Below are positions 25,720 through 36,059 of a stretch of DNA of 64,000 bases, one piece after another. The stretch is from contig OZ316892.1 in the NCBI GenBank assembly GCA_973895155.1, positions 14,500,861 to 14,564,860 on the forward strand. The letters are read 5' to 3'. The notes below the pieces were generated by a model, which was not told where the DNA came from, searched no databases, and worked only from the letters and a program-made list of their open reading frames with translations. The position numbers were made by a program, and so were the translations under genes. The DNA comes from Marsupella aquatica (Eukaryota > Plantae > Marchantiophyta). The first letter of the stretch is position 1. Every line of letters begins with the position of its first letter.

Positions 25720-27377
25720 CGTGAGTCGGAGGGATCTTAAGGCAAGACGGAGCTTGATGTGTGGTTTCCAGAAGTCTTGGGCGTTTTGCTCGAGTGGGTG
25801 TTTCACTAGGTGAGAGGGGCAATGGATCAGAGTCGGTCTCGGAGGATTCACGAGAAAAGGGGCGTTTTCGGATGGTGACGTTCGCCAAATCAGTGGGAGG
25901 CTGGGGGGAGGCCGAATTTGATGGAGGGATCCCAGAGATGGAGTGAGTCACCTCAACAGCAATCGGCATTGCCTCCACAGCCAGAGTTGTTGGCCCGGTC
26001 GCTTGGGTTGGTTTGACTACCCATACCCGCCTCGGAGGTTGTCGTGGATTGGGGTGGGAATGTGCCGGACTGGCGATGATAACAGGTTCTTTGGGTTTTG
26101 CCACCGAAATGGTGCGGCTAGTGTCGCCACTGCCTGCTGGATGGTGCGATTTGGTCTCCCTTGAGCTACTTCGTGTGCCCTGAGGCGTATCGGTGTTTGG
26201 ATTGCCCAGCTGCCTCCGAGAATTCTTCGCAATCTTGTGATGGGTTTTGCGCAGGTTTTTGCGAGAAGAGTGGCCTAGGGGAGGTGGCTTGGTGGAGTCG
26301 TGAGTAGCCGAGGCTACGGGATTGTTGGTGCTCTTGGATTTTGAAGCTTGTTCTGCTTCAAAATCCGCAGCCCTTTCCGCAAGGTGTTGAAGTTCAGCTT
26401 CCTCCCTCTGCTGTTGCTCTTCCGCACGACCCCTCCAATAATCTACCTCAGCTTTGGCTCGGTTGGCTGCCTTGTGGGCCGCTTCTTGACACTGCTGATA
26501 CACCACAGCATCCAATCGGCCCCTTTTGTTTCGTCGTTTGGGATGACGCAATTGGATGTACCGCCTCTCCGCCTAGGGAGTTGAATTGTAGATTTTGATC
26601 CTTGAAGAATGGTGGTCGTGGTAGCGGGCACTTTGAAGCAAAATGCCTGTAGGAAAAGCAAAAGCAGCAGCGAAGGTTTCTGCCGATGTAGTCAAAGTAA
26701 ATGGTAGTGGTGCCAGGGCTGCTGAGTTGGAATTTACCGTATGCAGGGAACACCTTGAGAGTGGTTTCGACGATTGCAGAAATGCGGTGATTTTCAGTGC
26801 CAGGTGCTTGCTTAGCACGGATGAAACGTCCGATGGGAGCCACCACAAATTTGACGTACTCGTAAATCTCCGGGCTACCCTGCTTGATGTAGACAGAGAC
26901 CAGATGCTTGAAGTCCGGTGTGTTGCATGGATCAAACTGAGGCGTGTAGTCGTTGATGGTTGCAAAACGGTCCAGAGCTTTGAGAGGGGAGGCGTTGATT
27001 AAGCTCTTTTTGACATGGTCCCCCACATTCGCGTCAAATTGAACCACAAATAGAGCCTGGGGCAGCTCGTCATGTAAGGACAGCTTAATTTCATGCTCCT
27101 GATTGTATGCCGAGATCCAATCTTGGGCCAGGCGGGTGTTAAATTCAGATTCGAATCCGAGCACGACCTTGTTTCCATAAATCCGCCTAGTACCGAGCTG
27201 AAGGACCTCCTTCGGAATGTAAAAAATCTCTTGAGTTAGGACGGTGGGTATGGAAGGAGTAAGTCTGGTCCCCAGGGTCTTGATCGGGGGGCAGCTCCGC
27301 GCATCATCTTCATGCCTTGAGTGCGTTGGATGAGTTGGTGTAGGCCGCTTAGAATGTCGAGATGAGCTGCTGGCCAT
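25616..27377 (-). pseudogene. LINE ORF1 (nucleic-acid-binding, CCHC zinc knuckle, predicted coiled coil), frameshifted
   Basis: ATG at 27377; CCFCFSYRHFASKC fits CX2CX4HX4C; continuation (EAAHKAANRAKAE...EEAELQHLAERAADFEAEQ) lies in another frame, shift located between 26573 and 26448. Confidence 0.82.
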
Positions 27378-28702
27378 ATCACCCTGCAGATACGATCTTC
27401 GTGCCAAACCGCCCCTCGTTGTGCTGGTGATGTTCGAGAAATGGTCACTGGGCTACCGGGATTCGAAAGCAGCCAAGTCTCCCACGTTACGCCCTGCGTC
27501 AATTGGAGAGACTGATGCCAGGATGCAGAATTCGCAACAATTTCCCAACTTGATGATCAAGTTCTTCGTAAAATGTTGAGATCAGACGAAAGGGGGATGG
27601 AGAGAGTTAGGCGAGAGACCATCCGATGTGTGTAGGTGTGCATGCGTTACCGGAGTAATTTCTCTGCTAGCCGTTAATGAGAGACAAAGAGGGGATGAAA
27701 TTAAGCGAGCTGTTGAACGAGCTGTTAAGATAAGACAAAGTGATTTCCGTGGTGTAAAGAACATCTTCTTCTGTGCAATGCATGGGGATTGACATCAAAT
27801 GTACTAACTTTTTGAAGTAAGGACGGGACTGATGTCCCGGGTCTTGTGATGTGACAGCACTTAGGCGAGTGGATAGTCTGAAGGAGCTTTTAAGTACAAG
27901 ACTACTGTCTTTTAAGTACAAGACTACTGTTGTTACCTCAATTCAGAAGACAAAAGGAAACTTTAATTTCTAAGAATTGGGCACATCTTTTAGATGAAAG
28001 CAACAGGGACCAATGCAGTGGAGTTTCCATCAGGTCAAATAGTTCAAGGACGAAACACCAATTACAGTTATGGCTAGAAAATCCTAACACTGCTGGCACG
28101 AAACTACTGCTCCGCAACGGTGATTACCCTATTGGTGTGACTGATGCAGGTGGCAGGTCCTTGCAGGCTCCGCGATGCACTCAAGGTCACATTCGACACA
28201 TTTCAGTTTGCGATTCGCTCTGACAGGCGAAGGCTAGAGTTGATACAACAAACAACGTGAGATTGGTCTATAGGGAGAGGTCTACGCTGCCCCCGCACAA
28301 GGTGTGGAACCCTCGATCACTCTGGACATTCGATCAGCTAGCTGAAGTGTTGTTCCCATGCCGGAAGAGTTTTGAGGGTAGAGAAGTTCGAAACAATTCT
28401 ACTGTTGTGAAGTACAGAGGTGACCGCTTGCCTGGGATCGATCATAGCATGAATTTCGCAGGATGCTGGAAGGATAATGATGGCAGAGATAACATTGCAA
28501 CGACTATTAAAACCTGATGAAAATCAACAAATTACCCCCGAATTTCGAAAATGACCGGTGTGCCCCAAATTTTACGGAGTACCTAATTAAGCGGCTCTCC
28601 GCTCTCTCCCATGCCGCGATGCGCCCCTTGCACGTTTCCCCTCTACTGAACGGGTGGCATTACAATATTGAGTGAGATTTTTTTGCCTCAACCTCCTCCT
28701 TA

Positions 28703-28812
28703 GGCAGCCTGATGGCATATGCCATGTATAACGAAGAGCACGAGCTACGCAACCTGAGGGCATATGAGGTGTATAACCAAGGGCATGGGCCAGGCAGCCT
28801 GACGGCAAATGG
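28703..28812. repeat. Degenerate tandem repeat, about 2.5 x 45 bp, with 14-bp palindrome atggcatatgccat
   Basis: gcagcctga.ggca.atg recurs three times at 45-bp spacing; visible as repeated MPSGC in ORF 28587-28808. Confidence 0.75.
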
Positions 28813-29283
28813 AACAGTTCACTTTAGCCAAATAGCAGATTCTGTGGAGAATCGAAATCCAAAACATGCAGAATGTGAACACTGCAGCATCGCACGGAAT
28901 GATCTTGAGGCCATTTCAGCACGGGAATCTGAAGATTAATAATAGTACATGGTACTGTTTTTACTACAGTGCCGACGTTTGAAGGCCTCCATGCAGTGCA
29001 TGACAGTACAGGAGCGGCACAATTCAGAAGCATTCCAAGATTGCATGGTTTTCGCTGCCTTCCCCCCTTTTTTCCCAACATTTACCATATCTCAGTGAAC
29101 TAAAATTATATACTGCAAGTTTTTTTGGCTCGAAGGATTGATTTCTACAAAAATTCTGAGGATTGGTTTCTACATGCTTTTGTTTCTGTTTGTCAGTAAG
29201 GCGACTTGTTTGTCAGTAAGGTCTTTGCCTTTACAACAGACTTAACAAACATGTACCCCGAAAAGGTTTTGGCAACAATCCGT

Positions 29284-31545
29284 TCAAGCAGTTGCCGCTG
29301 GAGATGCTGCCGGTCTCATCTCCTGTTCCGTCGTCCCATTTGCTCCTTTCTTGTATTCTTCATATGCAGGAAGGTCATCTGAATCACGATGACTGTAAGC
29401 AGGACCTCCGTGTTTAGTTAGATCCATTCCTTTTAGTTCGTCGTGCGATGATATACGGAGAAGCTTTGCTCCTGACAAGGCCCAGAAAACTGGTCCCATG
29501 GTGACAACCACCCATCCCGCAATGACTATGACCTCGATGATTTGAGCTGCTAGAAGCCTGCCGCCTCCTCCCATGAACAGCCCGTATCCCCGGCCTGCAC
29601 CGTATGCGTCTACGACGTACTGCTGCTTTGCGAATAGACCTGTGCAAAGTCATTCGAGACAGCGCAGTAACCACCGCCTTAGTCTTAAGTTCATATACAT
29701 CAACATAGAAAAGCAACACAACGAACAGGAGAGTGGTCTGGGACTGACGAAACAAGGCTGACAAACACCACTGTATTATGCAAATTACAACAGAACGTGG
29801 TAGTTAGTTATACCTGTGAAAATTAAACCCCATGCACCGCATCCACCGTGCAATTGAGCTGCTTCCAAAGGATCGTCATACTCAAACTTGGCCGCAAGAT
29901 AGTTGAAACTCATTAGCACCAGTGAAGCTCCAAAGCCACAAATGATCGCAGCCCACGGGTCCACAACTGCGCAGCTTGCTGTGATGGCAGCGAAACCTCC
30001 GAGAAGCCCGTTACAAACGTCCGTCAAGTTCCAGTGTCCTGCCAAAACAAAACATCCATTTACAGCGGCAGTCAGCAGTGAACAATTCAATCAAAACGTA
30101 CATTACAGAGTACATAAACAAACGCCCCACGACTCTCTATAGTAAGAGGAAAACTAGCGTTGCTTCAAAACGCAGCGTGGACGTTAACGTTAACAAAGAT
30201 CATCGGGAACATCAGTTTCTCTCTGACTTTTTCGTCTGTCTAGCTTGATCAGCTACAGTAGCCTCAATAATGGATTACATGCACATTGACGTCTGAAACA
30301 GCGAATGGCCACCTTTGTTTCACAGTTACTGACCTGTTTGCCATCTGCGAACAAAGAGGGTGGTCAAAGCAGCCATACAACCGGCTAGCGTGGTGTTGAC
30401 GCCAGTTCTTCCAACTCCCGTCCAGTAACCCTGAATTCCGCCGCTTCCAACGTCCAAAGTGCGAGAAATTACGAGGAATGACCCTCCATTGAATCCAAAC
30501 CATCCAAACCATAGCAAAAGGCTTCCTAACACCACCAAGGACGTGTTGTGACCGCGCATGTCCATGCCTGCACGTACAAGAATTAATTATTAGTTGTTTG
30601 CTGGAAGGGCTTCAAGAAAACCCTTTTGAGGCCGTGATAGGGAGCTAACAACAGGAACTGTCCGACCCCAAAGTCAAGGTATCCGTACTCAAATATCGCG
30701 TAAGTTAGAAGAGAAGATCTCTAGATTATAGCTTTCAACTAGGATCTGAGGATAAACCTCTGGGTTCACGAGCTACACATACCGGCCTCGCCATTCTTTC
30801 GGAATCTCCCGATCCTGGGACCCTCGATGAATGCCCCACAAAGACCAGCGATTCCTCCCACCATATGCACGACCCCACTTCCCGCAAAGTCGATGGCGCC
30901 CACTCCAAACAGTCTCCGTCCATCTGGCGCACCAGCTGCCAACCAACCATCCGTAGACCAGACCCAATGTGCAACAATGGGATACACAAATCCCGTGAGC
31001 GCCGAAGAGTAAACCAGGTATGCAACGAATTTCGTCCGCTCGGCTATAGATCCAGAGGTGATTCCCGCAGTAGCAATGGCAAAAGCCCATTGAAACAGAA
31101 AAAAGCTGTAGTCAAACGAGTTGGTAGCATCGGGAATATTACTGAGAGCAAAATAATTGCTTCCAATGAATCGATTGTTGTTCGTAGATTTTCCGAAAGC
31201 GAAACCAAACCCGAAGAGGTAGAAAGACAACCCTCCCGCTGCGGCATCGAGCACATTGGTCATCAAAATGTTCATGGCATTCTTGGAACGAACTGACCCA
31301 GCGCAGAGCATAGCAAACCCGATCTGCATAGAGAAGACCAAATACGCAGAGAAAAGCAGATAAATGTTGTCCACAGCTAAAGTGGTTGTCGTCAGAGCTA
31401 CCGCAACGCCGTCCAACCTAGAACATAGGAAAGCTCCTGCGAGAGAGGCACTTCCACTTGGAAGTCCTCCCGATTGCAAGAGCCCCGTGAGATTCTGTAA
31501 ACCATCGGGCGCACATCGTATTGAGTCAAAGAGGGCGGCCGCCAT
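29284..31545 (-). CDS. AMT1: Ammonium transporter AMT1 family, paralogue A, 4 exons
   Basis: Exons 31545-30783, 30567-30334, 30038-29814, 29639-29284 (phase-1 GT-AG introns). Motifs [68 protein letters not shown]-terminal [12 protein letters not shown]. Confidence 0.96.
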
Positions 31546-31602
31546 ATTTGCAAACCAGGAATCCTTGCAAACGAGAAATATTGTTTGATCACAGAAGGCA
31601 GT

Positions 31603-31611
31603 CTTTATATA
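31603..31611 (-). promoter_or_regulatory. Candidate TATA box of AMT1 paralogue A
   Basis: TATATAAAG on the minus strand about 58 nt upstream of the ATG at 31545. Confidence 0.55.
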
Positions 31612-32119
31612 CAGTCCTCAAGACTTCTACTGCACATGCCCAGGGGCCCATTTGCTGAGAATATGTTGGGCTGGAATGTCGGGCAGCCACGGGCAGGTTG
31701 TGTAGCCGGGATGGGTACCACAATTAGATGTGGACAAATACCACTGGACCATCGACTCTCGCCAAGAAGTGTTACAGGATCACTGGTCAGTGCAGTCTTC
31801 ACAAATCAGGTGATCGAGTGATTAAACAGCCACTGTGAGCAGTAGTTTTTGTCCTCTCCCTGGACCTGGAACTCAGGGCTTCACGGGGGGTGGAGAGGTA
31901 AAACGTCCCTAGGACCTTCGGGGAGCCACACAACTGTCACTTGAGAATCTCAAGGGAGATATTGGCAGCGCAATGGCAGTCACCCAGCGCTGGAGAGGGT
32001 TGGATGGGTTCACCTGGGGAGAGAAGAATGTACTGGTGAGGCACTGGCCCATCTTATATGTGCACATTATACAAGGCATAAAAGTGGGTGCATAAATAAA
32101 ATATAATATGTCACTCAGC

Positions 32120-32490
32120 AAATAAAGATGTCTATATATAATAGATGTTTTTGTTAAAGATGTTGTTGCATAGAAGATTTCATTTGCATAAAATATGTTG
32201 CTGCAGAAAAGATATTGCTAATGTAGTTGTGCAAAATATGTTCAAATAAGTCATCGTGACAAAAATACTGTTTTGCAAACTATATTGTGGAGAAAAATAT
32301 GTTGTCAGTTATGTAACAGAAGTTGTAATGCGAAAGAGATACTTACGTTAAAGATGTTGCTGCACAAAAAGATTGTTCCACACAGACAGTGTTGTGTTTA
32401 CTAGGGTTTCATTATGTAAAAGACATTGCGAAAAAGGTGTTGTGAAGGAAATGATATCGTTAAGTACAAGAAACTATTGCGTAAAAATAG
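32120..32490. repeat. Degenerate AT-rich minisatellite-like tract (aaagatgt-type units)
   Basis: Recurrent aaagatg/aaatatg + ttg/tca units; similar tracts at 18730-18920 and, inverted, at 20280-20420 and 20960-21120. Confidence 0.6.
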
Positions 32491-33679
32491 TTCAAGGGCA
32501 AGTACTATAAGAGTTTCTATTTGAGATGTAAGAAGAAAAATAATGTGAAAGAATGGTCCACTTGACAGTAACAATTTATTACAGTCTTTGACAAATGTTG
32601 CAAATAGGACACTCTCAGGATTGACATGAGCCGACCATGTTTGGGACTTTGTGTACTGGCCTAGGAGGTGGAAGGATCAAGGACGACAAATCGGTTCGAT
32701 CCTTCCCCCTCCCCTGTCTCCTCTATCCTCTTCCTTTTTCCAGTTTCTTTGTGTCTCTTCCTTATTTTGGTTCGTTCCCAGATTTTGTTGGGTAGTGCAA
32801 ATTTGTAAGCATACCATTGCAAAATAGGGGGACCGTTTATTATACTTTTTAATTTGTGGCACAGAGGATCCAAATCCAGTACGGAAGAACCAGCCTGCCT
32901 AGAGGTGCGGCTAGATATAGATGTATTATTTTGTCTTCTCCCAAACTACACGTTTCAGAGTATTGGATCTCCTCTCACTACTCACTCGAAAATCGTATCC
33001 TCTGGACAACATTACATACAGTAGATATAAAGTTATTACTTAATCAATAATGTCTTATAAACCTAGATTTGCTGAAACTTCAACTTTTCTCACTCTAAGT
33101 ACAACTGACAAGTACACTATATACAGTACATATTGTGGGCCACACGATCAGAGTAGCAAATTGCTGTTTGGACCTGGTGGTAATACCAAAAAGAAAGTGC
33201 TCAAAATAATTTCCTTCTATAAGTCACAGGAATAGAATTGAATGCTGTCCGTTGTGCAGGCGGTCGCTGCCCGTAGCCGGTCGGTGCAGGTTAGCTGCGC
33301 GTAGAATCCAGTTAAATACGTCAAACGCGCCACTGGTAACATCCAGCAGGCCATGTCGTGGTGGTAGATGGGTGAGAGAGTGGCGAGAGAGGATGCGGGT
33401 TTGAATTCCGCCTTTTAACAGAGATCCCCCCAAAAGTGGGGTACAGAGGTCTCTAATGACATTAGTAATTTATTTTTTCCATCCCAGAGTTAACACACAT
33501 CCTCCCCAAAAAGTGGGGTTCACTAGCACGTAGTGACACTTTTTCGTTCAAGGAGAGGAACCGGCTGTAGCAGTTTACGGTCAATGTTCACTCAAGTACA
33601 AGACAGTTCAAAATATACTTGTGACACTAGATTTGGAAGGCCACCTGTCCATGACAACGGGTGGTCCAATGGACCGCAA

Positions 33680-34023
33680 TGTTAGATATTGCTCTAGTTT
33701 TGTGACTCATGAGCTAACCATAGTTAGTCTAACTCGGGTTAGGACTTAGCTAATGTTAGCGGTAGTGCTGTTGTGCATATAGTTAGGGCTGATGCCAGAC
33801 CCTGGTGGAACTTAGGCTCATTGTTACGGAGCTAGTTGAGAGATAGAGAGAGCTTGTGCTATGGATGCTTGGTATGGCCGGTCGGCCTAGAGTGCAGTAA
33901 AGCTCTTGTGTGTTCTCGTGGACGTAGCCTCATGTGGAGGTGAACCACGTATCTCTCTGTGTCGACTATTGTGCGTTGGATGGTTCATGGGCTTGCCGTT
34001 ACGAATGTCGTCTATGCTCAACA
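33680..34023 (+). mobile_element. Solo LTR, Ty1/copia-like, copy 3
   Basis: 344 bp, TGTT...AACA, perfect TSD CGCAA; lies between the two AMT1 genes. Confidence 0.93.
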
Positions 34024-35922
34024 CGCAAGATGATTGAGACATGTTCTTCCGAGTTTTTAGCAGAATTTGATCAACTAACATCCATTTGCCCCTTCAAACT
34101 AGTGCCTTAGATATAGCATGTTCATCCTGGAACATGCTTCGTTTTTTTGTCTTGTAAAGATTAAAAAAAAATAGGTACATGTAAAGTATATGCCAAGAAA
34201 TTAATATCTGTTAATTAAGGTGTGAGTGATGGAGTCTGCGGATAGATAGGGTTCTTTGGCCTTTTTTCTTTGTTGGTTTTTTGGTGCCCTCCCTTTCTTG
34301 GGTCTTTTGCTTGTGGGACTATGTCTCCCGCTTCGGGTCTCTTGTTCCTTTGCAGTGTTACATATAAAAGACATGGAGGTTTTCTAATATTGAGTTCATG
34401 TTATTATTTATTATTTTAGGCAAAGGTATTACAACACCCCACTCAGCAAGTCATGGACTGATTGGGCCCATGTGTCACTTACTTCTATGCCATGTATAAG
34501 AACACTTTAATTTTTGACAAAAGTGCCTTTGAGTGTTAACATGGCGTGTATGGTTTAGGGTTTAAGGATAAATAAACCCTTGCTAAACCCAAAGAAATGC
34601 CATACATTTTTCAACGTCTGTAGAGAATCTTGTGGCCAGAAGGTTTGAAAATGTAACCTTACATGCTTTAGTACTCTTTGTATGTCATACGGCCGTTTCA
34701 ACTATCGGTGATTTCAAATTTGTGCATGATGCAGCAAAGAGGTCGTAGATAACTTAATTTCCCTCAATGAAAGAATAGATTTCAGCGGATTGTTTCGAGG
34801 CAGGAAAAAACCCCCATTTATCAGCTTTCTGGGGTTAGTCTTGTAGGTCACGTATGAGAATCCCTCACTACGTCGAGCTGCAGAAATTGGTGCCAGAAGA
34901 ACGATGCGCTTCCCTTTCGCCGCAGCTGCGATTTGTCAAACCTCGAGATCGAGACAGTGCATTGAGATACAATTTTGAGAAGTCGTGCAGACGGCGAGGA
35001 GTTCATAATTGACAAACGGCCTACGTACTGACATCAGTTGGCGATAACATCAACTCCAGAGCAAGCGTGGAAAACCAACGAGTCCTAGTTGGCTGTTATC
35101 CCGCCTGCTGTGTCCGAGGCTGTGTCCTGCTACTGAGTCAGTTGGCGATGAAACCAATGAAAGAGAACGCTCAAGCAATGGAAAACCATCCAGCACGGCC
35201 ATTAATAGTCAATACAGACGTCGGGGGCCGGACTGAGAACGAAGGAAAGCCATCAGCAAAGGTCAAAGTTAGCACGCAGCGCAATTACTCCCACAAAAAC
35301 CCAATATGCAACAAGCGACAAGCTCAAGTCCTGACCCTTTCGTCCGAAGCCACAATACATGCTAAAATGCTATGAGCGACAGATTGTAGTTAGTGTAACT
35401 TTCAAGCGTCCAAAATTTCAAAAAAAGAGAAAGACATCGGATTGACCGACACTGATGACGACAAAACCCATACGACAGACAACAATTGTACCAGTTTTGT
35501 AATGAAGAAGCGAGGGCGACAACTCACTAAAATCAACTTTCCAAGTTGTTCCAGCTGGTTGGATAAGATGCAAATGAGGAAGCAGTGTTTATCAGGCGGA
35601 AACCATGGGACGGATTGCGAATGGTTGAATCCCAGTGCTTCAACCCGACATTTCAAATGGAATTGGGTTGAATCGTACTGCAATGCTCAAAGACTGATGG
35701 GGAGAACAGGACACTTTCCATGAGTATAATCCACGTACATCTCACGTGAACCGAATATAATCTATTGAACTTGCAACTGTCCTGAAGAAGCTCCAGCAGT
35801 TCCTCGTTTGGACTTGGAGGTCCTATGAGACAGAAACCAGAATCGCCTGAAAACCACGAAACCTAAGGATTTTGAAGTGACCTTGGTGGAAAACTGCATG
35901 ATCAATGCCATGCACTTTACCA

Positions 35923-35971
35923 GATATTATCTAGTTATGAATTTTGCCAACTTTCATAACTAGATAATATC
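35923..35971. repeat. Perfect 19-bp inverted repeat with 11-nt loop just downstream of AMT1 paralogue B
   Basis: gatattatctagttatgaa-ttttgccaact-ttcataactagataatatc. Confidence 0.92.
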
Positions 35972-36059
35972 CGATGAGAACCTTTGGGGGAATTACAGGG
36001 CCCAAGCTAAACTTTCTAATTCATAAAATTAAACCAAAACGCTCTAAGAAGAGAGCCTT

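Larger units (their letters stand above)
21121..27752 (-). mobile_element. Full-length L1-type LINE retrotransposon (about 6.6 kb), disabled
   Basis: ORF1 + ORF2 architecture; flanked by perfect 15-bp TSD tgtaaagaacatctt at 21106-21120 and 27753-27767; about 375-bp 5' UTR, about 300-bp 3' UTR, very short A tail. Confidence 0.95.

Noticed and set aside
28587-28808. ORF with repeated MPSGC peptide as a repeat-peptide precursor
   Set aside because: Explained by a 45-bp DNA repeat; non-ATG start, no signal peptide or gene context.
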